DNA of 56,128 bases, filler included, from Basidiobolus ranarum (taxonomy: Eukaryota): the NCBI GenBank assembly GCA_040143965.1. It is 2 parts of 2 records of this genome, joined end to end, with 100 filler letters (N's around TTAATTAATTAA, not from the genome) between each part and the next. Parts side by side here need not be neighbours in the genome. Positions count along the whole stretch, not along the records: positions 1 to 28,068 come from JASJQH010006993.1; positions 28,169 to 56,128 come from JASJQH010006994.1. One strand, written 5' to 3'. Below the pieces are notes generated by a model. The model was not told the DNA's origin. It did no database searches and worked only from the letters and a program-made list of their open reading frames with translations. Shown piece after piece: positions 26,946-38,100 of this stretch; positions within the stretch are counted from its first letter, which is position 1; each line of letters opens with the position of its first letter. The position numbers and the translations under genes are program-made.

Positions 26946-27143
26946 CTTCTTTAGTATATCTAGCATATACCTAAACTAGCTCAAAGTCATTTTTTGGGTA
27001 GCTCTATTGATCTAAAGATGGATTTCAAGATAGTATATCAGATCACCAAGTTCAGTCCTTTTGATTTCAGCTGATAAATTTGATATGCCTTTCTCCAAAG
27101 TCTTCAAGTCATTGCCTGCTCAAATGAGGTCATCTACATGTAA
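26942..27143 (-). mobile_element. Ty1/copia reverse-transcriptase (RVT_2) fragment, pseudogenised
   Basis: Translates, with stops and one frameshift, to LHVDDLI*AGNDLKTLEKGISNLSAEIKRT/ELGDLIYYLEIHL*INRATQKMTLS*FRYMLDILKKLN. This matches the copia pattern LYVDD..F.M.DLG....LG......LSQ..YI..IL.RF. Confidence 0.85.
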
Positions 27144-27144
27144 G

Positions 27145-27360
27145 TGTTGAAGTATTTGGGAGCCTGTTGGAAGTGGTTTGAAGAATTAGAGAAATTGGTG
27201 GTTTTCATGTGTTGATTGATTAAGTTGAAAGTTGACAGTTATACTTTTGTCAGGACGTAGACAAACTAACATATAGAGTGTGCTGAGAAAGGACCTAGAG
27301 ACATGCATGCAAAGTCTGAGGCTTCTAGCACAGGTTTGAAAGAATCTATATATCTGAGAA
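27145..27360 (+). repeat. LTR-like repeat, copy B
   Basis: Begins TGTTGAAGTATTTGGGAGCCTGTTGGAAG (LTR-type TGTTG end) and contains a TATA-like ATCTATATAT. The 3' end is not defined. Confidence 0.65.
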
Positions 27361-28068
27361 CTCATACTTTGGTAAAGTTTGTGAGGTAAATTCCAATTGC
27401 TCTCAATTGGTAATAGTTTAGTGAAATATAAGATAAGTAAAAACTGTTGAAGTTTATTGTCTTTATCATATCTGTTATCTCTATCTTTATACCCCTAACT
27501 ATTTCATATATCACATATAAGTTAGTTAACATTACTTAGTCAAATATCACTTAACTGAAAATCAGAACATATATTATATATATGTGAATAATGTGAGAAT
27601 TAGCAATTCCATATTGGAAATTTCAAACTCATCCAAATTGCCCCAAAGATAACCCATTTTACTCCCACAGATGATCTGAACACAACCCCAGTGTTAGTTT
27701 TCTGTATTTACACCAAAATGTATAAATGCTTCATTTCTGGAAAATATATAATTATCTCACAAAGCTATTCAAAACTCCACTTTTCTAAAGTTCCTCCAAA
27801 CAGCCCATATTTTCCCAATAAACTTTGCTACAGCAGCTAAAGTTTCTACATAAACAGTTCCAGACATTTAGAAATAACCTTTTGATAATAGTCTAGTCTT
27901 CTGCCTCTGTTTATTGCCATCAGACATGTATTTAACTCCCTAACAGAAATTTGATGCTTGTTATTGTAGGAAAACCATCACAATTTTAATCCATTTGGGG
28001 TTGACTGTTTACTTACCTTCATAAAATTGTCAAGTTAGATTTGATTTTAATCAATTTTTTCAGTTTCA

Positions 28069-28168
28069 NNNNNNNNNNNNNNNNNNNNNNNNNNNNNNNN
28101 NNNNNNNNNNNNTTAATTAATTAANNNNNNNNNNNNNNNNNNNNNNNNNNNNNNNNNNNNNNNNNNNN
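28069..28168. other. Artificial contig-joining linker / assembly gap
   Basis: 44 N + TTAATTAATTAA (stops in all six frames) + 44 N = exactly 100 bp. Confidence 0.97.
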
Positions 28169-29179
28169 TTATGAAGCACTTGATCCTGATTTCTGCCAGT
28201 CTTTCTCTGCCTTGCAAAACCTCTACCTCCACTTCAAGAAAATGGGACACCATTGTTTCTGCCCTTCATCATAGCTACCAACTCTGTTCTCACCCCTTCC
28301 GTTAGTTGATTTCCCCAGATTTTGTGAAGCTATTGTCCCCATCAACGTCAGCACTATATGTTGGATTCTGACTAGTTTAATCAGAATTTCTTGACTAAGC
28401 TGCTTTTATGAATTATAGAACCGAAGGTCCAGTATACTGTTGATAAGGCCTACCCCTGGCTAACTTGAAGAGGGTATGCACCCTTGTCGTAGGTGGTCGA
28501 GGACCAGTTGAAACCCCACATTCTCGAGTCCCCAATCAGATTGTACTATAATTAGCCCCCACGTTTTCAATTGATATCTTACCCCACCCAACTGGCATAA
28601 TTAGCGTGAACAGTCGCATTCCAAATAGCTAGTCATTGGGCCCGCCCAGATCACTCTTAAATGATTTATCACCCTTTCAACTCGACAACTTCTATGCTAA
28701 TGGCGCGAGTAATCTATATCAGAACCAACTGTTATGGCTTACATGATAGCAATCATTGTTAGAATATATCTATGAGCTGTATGATCCAATGGGTCCGGAA
28801 AAGAAGATAACCTTCACAAGCATCTCCTCTGCTACGTGACTGCTGCAATGGAATCTGCAGAGATAATATTGATCTCCCGCGAAACAGCCCGATAGATTCA
28901 TTCACGATAACACGAGTGGCATTCGCACGTGTTGTTGAACAACCGAGTGGATGCAACAGCGGTAGGCCATTTCTCTTTGAATGATAAAGGAGCAGATTAT
29001 AAGAGAATATAATTCGCCTGAGCATGATGAGCAACCTTCCGAATTTATTACTGTTCGATAATGTAGGATGAATGTGATGAGCTCTGTATGATTGAACAAG
29101 AATGCAATGAATAAATAAAAACGGAGCATCAATTTGTACACAAAAATGATAGAATAAATGCTAGTTTCTGTCAAAGAAA

Positions 29180-30963
29180 TCATTCTTCTGGAGATAGTTC
29201 ATACTCGAACGCAACATCCCACCGCGATCCTGGTGCCAAGCTACTGATATATTTGGTGAACTTCATCACTTCCTCATCTCTTAAAACCAAGCTCAATACA
29301 TTACATCCAGCGGAGATAGTCAACAAGGCACCGTCTTCATCTGGCGCTGCTGATTTGTACACTGCTGGATCTTCGTCAGAGTCCTGTGCCATGTAACACT
29401 CGTAACCGCCTACCTCATCACTCTCCCATAGATCTACAGCTTTAGGATTGGGTGAGGTGGCTAAGCAAAGAGTGGCATCAAGAATTGAACGGCACGAATC
29501 AGCCGTGGCAAGGGTATAGTCTAACCCAGGGCGCATACGACGTGCATAGCCACGATATCCTTTGGTTACTAGTTGAGTAACTACCGCTAACCAACGGCGA
29601 AAAGCTAGCGATGGGAAAAGTGACCTTTGTAGTTGTCCCAAAAATTTAGTACTTTGTTCTTCATCCTCTGGTAAAGTGTCATCAATGGCCAAGAAACGAT
29701 GCTTGTGAGCAGGTCCAACGGCCTTCCATTGACCACGTTCACCAGTACCATGTTTTGGGATTTTGGATAATGTTAATCCATCTTGCTCATCAGCCTTCAA
29801 GGTAGCTTCTAAGAGTTCCTTGGCAAACTCTTCATTTAGAAAGTCAACCAATTGAATTGATGATTCTTCCACGAACTTCTCTGATACTTGTCTGAGAATA
29901 TTGATGTTTAGATACTTAACGTTCAACCATTTGGAAAGCTCGGTTATATCTTCTTCTAAAAGACCATCAAGAGCCTCTGGCTCTAACTCTTCTTTATATA
30001 ATTTGAATGGATTTAAGGCATCAGCAGATTCCTAATCGAGAAGAAAAACATACAACGCGTTAGTGTATATATATTTGTGAGCAATGGGGTTGTTAAAATT
30101 ACCTGTAGCTGTTGTAGAGAGGAAGGGGCTTCGCCTATTTGTTTTTCGGCCTGATATCCAACCTCCCCTTCCTGTGGAATATGGAACCAGCCAGAGACAC
30201 TTAATATCGGCTTATCAACGATAACTTCTTCAACTGAATGGAAGGAGTGACCAGGCTGAACAGTAAAGAATACCATTTGGTTCCACTTAGGAGGAATAGA
30301 AACCGATGGACTGACAGCAGGAGTTCCTTTTTCCAAAACAGGATAAAGTTCTAAAGCACCACCGTCTTCGGGTACCCAAGGCTCGTCTGGGTCAGTTAAA
30401 TAAAGGATATATGAGACACGTCTTGAGCCGATAACATCATCATGGTTAAGAAGATGTGAGCCACTACGATAAATGTTGGTGCTCAAGTCTGTCTTGGAAC
30501 TAGACAAAGGGCCACAGCCAGTCACGTCAGAAATGAATTGACGGAATTCTTCGGAATAAATAGCGTTACGAAGTCGGAATAAAGAAGATAGTTGGGCAAG
30601 CTCGTGAGCAGGAAGGCCGTCAAGGTTGGCCAAGTCGCCCGTTTGGCATACCTAAAGTGAAACCTCCAAGTTAATTATTCCACTAAAGTGCAGGCATGTT
30701 ATTCGAAAGTGTATAAATACCTTATATATGTCAGTTTCTTTCACAGTGAAATGTAGCTTGGTTAAAATCTCCTCTCGAACATCTCTCAAAAGTTGCTCGT
30801 CGATAAGTTTGTCAATTTTACAATACAGATATGGTTTCGACTCCGCGTGCTCTTTAGCGAGTATTTGTGAATTCTTTGCAGACAATAAGTCGGGATAGAA
30901 GCATTCCGCGATGGGCGCAGAAGTACGGGCGCGTTTACGAGAGTCGGTTTCTTGGGCAGTCAT
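29180..30963 (-). CDS. TPA1: Prolyl 3,4-dihydroxylase TPA1/Ofd1/OGFOD1 (uS12 hydroxylase)
   Basis: Exons 30963-30721, 30651-30103 and 30031-29180. Motifs [54 protein letters not shown], and C-terminal [25 protein letters not shown]. Confidence 0.93.
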
Positions 30964-31842
30964 ACTATTACGGAAGTCTTCAAGGGAGAGACTTACAATC
31001 GTAGTGAGTGACATTTGATGCCTTTTATGAACCCTAACGAGGATTTATGATGATTGGATAATAAGTTTTTTTTCCAGGTTAAAGCTTGTAATATTTTAAA
31101 CTCACTTTACATTATTAATGATCTACAACTGTGAAGGAAGAGAAATCTAGACATATCTGAGCTCCCCAAATGTAGCTAAAAATGAAATTACTATATTCAA
31201 ATGATTTTATCCGCCTTTGAAGCAGAATCAAAGCTGATCAACCTAAAGAAGTAATCGAAGCTACTTGCATATACTTGACATGATTGGAATGAGCAGATCT
31301 GATAAGAAATATACACTGGCATTTCAACGCGCAATCGTACCAGTATGGTTGCTATGCGCGAACGTGTTGAATGATTATTGTTCAGAGTGATGTTGAATTA
31401 AACTGAGCATTCATCGTAAATCCAGGATTCTTAATATTCAAGTTTTGGACTTCAACATCACCTCAACATTGTCGATTTATGATCAATCTGACATAGATGA
31501 GGAGAATACATATGGGTGGCTAATGTTCTACGTCAAGTTACATGTACAAGCCGTTTTATATATTTCATTTTCAACAACTTCTTGCTAACTAGAGTGACTT
31601 GGGGTTTATTGAATTTTTTAATTTCCCATTACATCAAGTGCTAACACTTTAACTTTCACTACAGGCTTTCTCTTCCGGATAGAGTATGGTTTGAGGCCAA
31701 TAGTGTGGGTTTGCTTTATGTACATTTCTGGAGAAAATTTTAACAAGATAGAAAATGTAGCTCTTAGAGATCGTTGAGCTTTAGGTTAGATTTAGTAGGA
31801 AACAATAAAACATAAGAGGGGAATGGTAAAAATGGTTTAAAG

Positions 31843-32532
31843 TCACTTAGCATCAGCTATTTCCAGCATCTCTCTCAAGGCCTGGTTTTCAGTTTGAAGC
31901 TGCTCAATGATGACTTCACTTTCCAAGTCATCACCACGTACGGCAATTCTGACAGCCTCGGCTAATTTGTCCAGTTGATTCTTCAATTGGATGTTTTCTT
32001 TCTCTATATCCGTGTTCCGGCTTCTTTCTTGCTCCAACTTCGAATTGTATTGTTGGTGAATGGCCTGAATATCCTCTTTGGTCTGTAAAGTTTGAGAACG
32101 AAATTTGCTCATCACAAAGTCTAGAGTCTTTTCATGCTCTTTCAGTAGGCTAACGATTTCCTGACTTTCTTTGGTTAGTTGTTGGTTACGTAGTAGCAGA
32201 GTCTGATTTTCCTGCTTTAACTGCTCCATTTCAGCTGTTAAAGAGCTTAAGTCAGGAGTAGCTTCTATCTCAGGAGTCAATTGAACTATTTAACAAGATA
32301 ACAAAGATGTTTGTTAATTTCAGAAGAGAAAGCATCAAAAGGGCTTATTAACGTATTGGTTATCCATTGTTATACCTGGTTTACTTAGAGCCTCTAGTTT
32401 GGTTTGTATTTCTAGCATTTTCTCGCTCACCGACTTCGCCACAGCAAGGTTATGCGAATTCTTAAGGTCAAATTCGCCTGTTAAGGACCAAAAGGTATCC
32501 ATCGAAGAGGAATCTGAAAGCTCCGACGACAT
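31843..32532 (-). CDS. SIKE/FGFR1OP2-like small coiled-coil protein (STRIPAK subunit candidate)
   Basis: Two exons (intron about 32286-32376). LKEHEKTLDFVMSKFRSQ and IEQLQTENQALREMLEI match the SIKE/FGFR1OP2 motifs LEEHQSALELIMSKYREQ and QLEQENKGLREILQI. Confidence 0.7.
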
Positions 32533-35181
32533 GATATTGATATTTAGAGCACAAGAAGTAAGGCTTGGGTTAAACAATGAGAATTGGAAGGTAAACGAAT
32601 GGTAAGAGACACAAAAGAGAAGGCTATATAGTTCCAAAATTTAAGAGAACAATATTCATTTCAATATATCCCCACTTCACAACCACAAAAAAAATAGTGT
32701 AAATGCAACTAGTCGGTTACTAAAATTAACTTTGTGATTATTTTCAACATCGGAGATTTCATCGGTATTCTATTGCATCTTGATATAATATGAAGTGTGT
32801 TGTTAGGTCTGTTTAGGTCTATGGTGTTGTTATGCGGGATTATTGTTCAACATAAACTCTAGTTAAGATACATCAAAGCTCAAACATCATACTGGGCACG
32901 TAAAACTTCATGACTAATATGTACAAGATCCATAGCAACCTGATCTTTGTTTTATATACATCCGCTTAATAAAGATGTTGAACTAATTTCCTCTCATCAT
33001 TGGAGTTTTAAGATAAATTCATCCAATAAAGAGCAGGAAACGGTTTTCATGAGCATACACCTGACCTAAATGTCAGGTTCAGCGAAATCGAAGTTCACAA
33101 TAGCTCGACTCGTATCCGGTAAAATATTACTTGGCTTGCTAACATAGCATTTGAGTATTCAACTATGCAGGTAGGGACTCCAACAAGGATATTTCCTAGT
33201 GTAAAAAAACCTCGGTGGCTGTGTTAAAATAAAGAATAAAAGTAGTACAATCTAGTAATCTACTATTCACAATTAGTTTGGTCTTTGCAAGTTTGCTTCC
33301 AGTTATTTCTATTATTTGTTGAAGGAACTGAGTGTACTTCATTCCATGCTGTAATTTTCTTGCTAACAAGAGAATTGTTTGTTTTCTCAGTTTAATCTTA
33401 TCAAAGGTTGCCAACAAATCGTAGCGATTCTATGAAAGCAAAATGGTGGATGCCCTTAAGAAAACAAAATTCCCAGCTAGTTTCTTTCAATTCACAACAT
33501 TTTCCTCTCCTATAGAATCAATCTGTAACATAAGGAAGAGCTATATCGCTTTCATTTATCAAATTTGCTTACGGATTGGTACTCTGGATGGTCATTTTGA
33601 GTTAAGGCAATTATTCTGGACTCTTCTTAAAGTAAATATATGGTATGTGTAAATGCAGGATATTTGCCCAACTATTTTAAAATTCTTGCGAGTGCAACGA
33701 AGCAAAATTCAATTGATTTACAAGACTATACTTTACGATCATCCTCTACCTCAGTAGAAGTCATTTGCTTTAACACTTACTTAGTAATAGGAGCGGAGGA
33801 TATTTAGCCTGTAACTATATATTTGCTACTTCAAAATACAATAAGTGCCCTTTTTGTAGTGGAGTCTTTGTACAAAGCCTGAAGACGAAGATATATTAAT
33901 TCAAAAGCAGAATTCATACACAAAAACGCTATCCTAGTGATATTGTGCCTTTTAGCCCTATACATAAGAGGATAAAGATACTCTTGAAGATTCATTGCAT
34001 AAGAGACCGCCAGCTTGATATATTAGATGCCTTGCCGCCACGAAGGTCATGCTAGTGTTAGTCAAGCCAAAAGTTAATGAGCAATATCAGTTGATATATG
34101 CGATGCAGTACATACAACCAGAGATTTGCAAGTAGAGTCACGGTAGTGGAACCTATGTCCATCGTTGTAACACTCCAATACAGCAGTGGTTTGGGTCCAT
34201 ACAAATCTTCTCTTGGTGGTGTACCTAATGAGGCGGTCTTATACCTTCGGGACAGGTACAAACTTGCTCAAGAGTCTCATGGCACGAATAGATAAAGCAT
34301 AAAGTACTTACTACATAAGGTAACTGCCAATCAACCAGCTACAGCCAGGCATCTTAGCGTGCCAATTTTATTTAATATCAGGCCACTTGGATGGCTTTGC
34401 CAAAGTAATCTATAAATCTAAAGCAACTCGGGTTAGTGATTACATATTAAACCTGAGTTCCTAATTGAAGTACTATACTCACACATTTCATACCTATAAT
34501 TCATGGTAACATATGGTTTGATCATTTGAAGAATTGGACTCATGACTATTGGTTAAGCTAATCATCGTCCAAGAATGTAATTGGGTATTCGATGTATCCC
34601 CAGTTATTTTATTATTCACAAATAATAATAATCATATTCCATGGCTAGGCTTTGGGTTTGGGTTCTGCAAATCAGTGTATCCAATTAGATGCCCAAGAAT
34701 TTTAGAACAAACAAACCTTTGCGAAAAACAAAAACAACTGAACATAGCATGGGCTTAGGGATTAGATTGGTCAAGCGTGATTCTAAGTTAAAAATCCAGC
34801 CACCTTTGATTGATATAGCTGTATCATCTTCTAAAAGCTTTACCAGCTTGGGTTTGTTCCGTTGTTTATTATTCCTTACGTCTATAAATTACCGGCCTCT
34901 ATCCTGTGATCTATATTTCTCTTTGTTGTGACATATTTCCAAGTTTAAGAAGATATCTGACGATATCTGACCTTTTCCTATCCTTTTCACTTGAAAACAA
35001 GAGTTCGTTTTCAGCATTCTATTGACTTTACGATACTTTGAGTAAGAAACAATATCGTTACGATATCTTACAATAGTGTTTTGTACTCTATTCCCATAAA
35101 ACTCTCAAGCATCTCTTCCCCTGACCAAGAGAAAAAGTTAACTCTCACTTTGTAGAATATCAAGTGTACAACAAGAAGAGA

Positions 35182-38100
35182 ATGTCAACAGAAGACGATT
35201 TTTCCGCTCTGCCCTTGGAGGAGAAGTTCATCCATAAAGTAAGAGTCTCAACCTTTATATTTACTTGCTAGCTTACCAGAGAATTCAACATGAAAACTTT
35301 TTTAGTCTTGGAAAGCTAGATTGCAAGCCTATGAAGAATTAACCACACATTACAAAATCTGCGATCCGGATGATGCCTCCGAATTTAACAAATACTCTGA
35401 ATTCTTAAGTAAAGCTGCCATAGACGGCAATATGGTTGCACAGGAAGCAGGTCTTAATGCTATTATCACTTACCTACAAAACGCCTCCAGTTTCAGCAGG
35501 TAAATAATTAACTAAATATAGAACCATTTTTAAACTATTCGAGACTAAGCTACAACATTTAATATTGATCTAGAAACCAAGATGATATCGTAGCGGGAGT
35601 TGTAGATAAGGGCCTTAGTAGCTCTCGTGCTGGAACCAAAAATAAAGCAGTAGATATTATGTTACTATTCGTTGAAATAGGCTCTGCCGACATTGTAATT
35701 GTAAGTGCACCTTTATCTCAGCTTCCGAAACATGGGTTCTATAATAACATTTAAATTTCTCGTAGGAGCATCTTTTGAACTCGCTTAATCATAAGCTACC
35801 GAAATTAGTCGCAGCAGCATTATTTTCTTTGAAACAGATTATTAGGTATTTGAAAAGAAAGGGAATATTCCCACGCTATATCAGTCTAACGAGAGTATAT
35901 GTCCACTAGATCCTTTGGCATCAAGCATATAAATCCCAAGCCTATACTTAAGGCACTTCCAAAAGCGTTTACGCATACGGATAAGAATGTTCGAGCAGAG
36001 GTAATATCGCATTTATGACTATTTAAAAGATTACTATTTGCTAACGCCTCTCGTATTATTTAGAGTACCCAGTTGGCAGTCGAGTTGTATAGATGGCTCG
36101 GTCCCGCTCTAAATACTTATTTGGCAGAGCTTAAACCTGTACAGGTATATAAGATGTCTTTTCTAGAGTTGAGTTAAACGGTCATTCAAACTGAATATCT
36201 TGGATTTCTTATTGTTAGATCAAAGAGTTGAACGAAGCGTTTGAACAACTTCCCAGCGAAAAACCCTCTCCTGAGCGACTTCTTCGTTCGGAACAAAACG
36301 AATCATCAAATGGATCAGGTTAGAGAATTCATGATATTATATTTCAAATCGAGCATTTGTTTACTAACAAATCAAATATCAAGTTGAAGATATCAAGGAT
36401 GATCCAACCGTAGCCAGCGAAGAGCCCGAAGTCGATGCTTACTCTTTAGCTGATCCTGTGGATGTTCTCTCCAAAATCCCAAGTGATTTTTACACAAACT
36501 TGGAATCAGCAAAGTGGAAAGACAGAAAGGACGCTTTGGAAGCATATCTTTTGGTGCTCCGTACTCCTAAAATTGCTGCTGGTGACTATAGAGAGCTTAT
36601 TAGTGCCCTAGCCAAGGTTAGTAATCAATGGGATATTATACGATCTTCCGCTGCCTAACCCAATCTTTGAAAAATAGCGAGTCGGTGATGTAAACATTAT
36701 GGTCGGAACCGTGGCTACTCAGTGTATAGAAGCAATGTCAATCGGGCTTCGACAAGAGTTTTCTCAATATACTTCTCTGGTAAACTCCATGACAATCTAA
36801 TTAGTTGAAATAATGGTGTGATTAAACAACCTTATTTTTGTCCTTAAGGTCTTGACGCCACTTCTGGAAAAATTGAAAGAAAAGAAGGCGAATTTTGTCG
36901 ACGCTTTACGTAAATGCCTTGATTCGGTTTTCACAATGGTATGATAGAATATTCTAAATGCTCTGAATTTATCTACGTTTTTTAACTTGTCCGAATACAG
37001 ATTGCTTTCAGTGATATCATGGAGGAATCTATGGTTGCCATGGCACACAAAAATCCTCAAATTAAGTCAGAGACTAACAGATGGCTAGCACGTTGCCTAA
37101 AAGAAACTAAATTTATACCTGGCAAATCCGACGTAAACTGGATCAATGAGGCTGCTCTCAAATGTCTGGATGATAGTGATACTAATGTCCGTGAAGCGGC
37201 CGCCGATGTATTGGGAACCATGATGAAAGTGATTGGTGAAAGAGGAATGATGGCTTATTTGGAAAAGGTGGACAAGATCAAGGAGGGGAAAATACGCGAG
37301 TTTTATGAAAAAGCTGAAGTCAAAGCAAAGAATCCTTTGCACTCCGTCAATCCCGCTAAAAACAGTAGGGATGGAGCACAGGTCGCTTCTAGGCCTCCTA
37401 CTACAAAAAGAGTATTGAAAGAGCAGGCACCCCCACGGTCTGCTCCCTCGTCTGAACCAGTCATGAAACAAAAACCTGTTACCAAACCCCCTCAAATCAA
37501 GCGTCCTCCTTCTAGTAGTAACATAAAGCCCAAAGTACCTGCTGCTCCTCCAGTTCGCAAGACGTCCACCTCAACTGCTAAACCTTCTGCTGCGAGTAAA
37601 CCTGAGGAGCCTATTCGCTTTAAATTCACTAGTGAAGATTATGAAGAGAAAGTTATGGAGATTATCCCTTCAGACATATATAGTGGGTTTTCTGATTCTA
37701 ATTGGAAAAACAGAATAGCTTCGATGGAAAGCTTAGCGTTATTTTTGGAAGACTCCAACAACAGTAATGTCGAATCCGAGTTAGTCATTCGTGCACTTAT
37801 TAAGAAGCCAGGGTGGAAGGAAACTAACTTTCAAGTCTCTTCAAAAATGTATGGAGTATTCCAGATACTTTGCGAAAAATCCTCTACTTTTAGCAAAGGG
37901 TGTGGTGCTCTCATTGTACAGGATTGGCCGAAAAATTGGGCGACATCAAATTAAGGAAGCCTTCTGGCGATTGCCTAGTAAGTATTGCGGAACAATTTTC
38001 TCTGCAGTTTGTCTTGCACCAGGCTTATGAGCCATGGAAGAAGGCCAAATCTCCAAAGGTTCATTCTGAATGCATTGGGTGGATCAACGCTACAATTCAA

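Noticed and set aside
28113..28124. TTAATTAATTAA palindrome as a biological site
   Set aside because: It is embedded symmetrically in Ns and is an assembly spacer.
28430..28620. Possible second LTR plus primer-binding site (TGTTGA...TGGCAT) after the gap
   Set aside because: No second copy and no adjacent retroelement coding motif in the window.
29015..29095. C/D snoRNA suggested by ATGATGA and GTGATGA
   Set aside because: No properly placed downstream CTGA box or terminal stem, and it lies antisense to the TPA1 3' region.
21206..30963. RPS2-TPA1 as a translation-fidelity cluster
   Set aside because: The genes are separated by the artificial contig linker, and TPA1 acts on uS12, not uS5.
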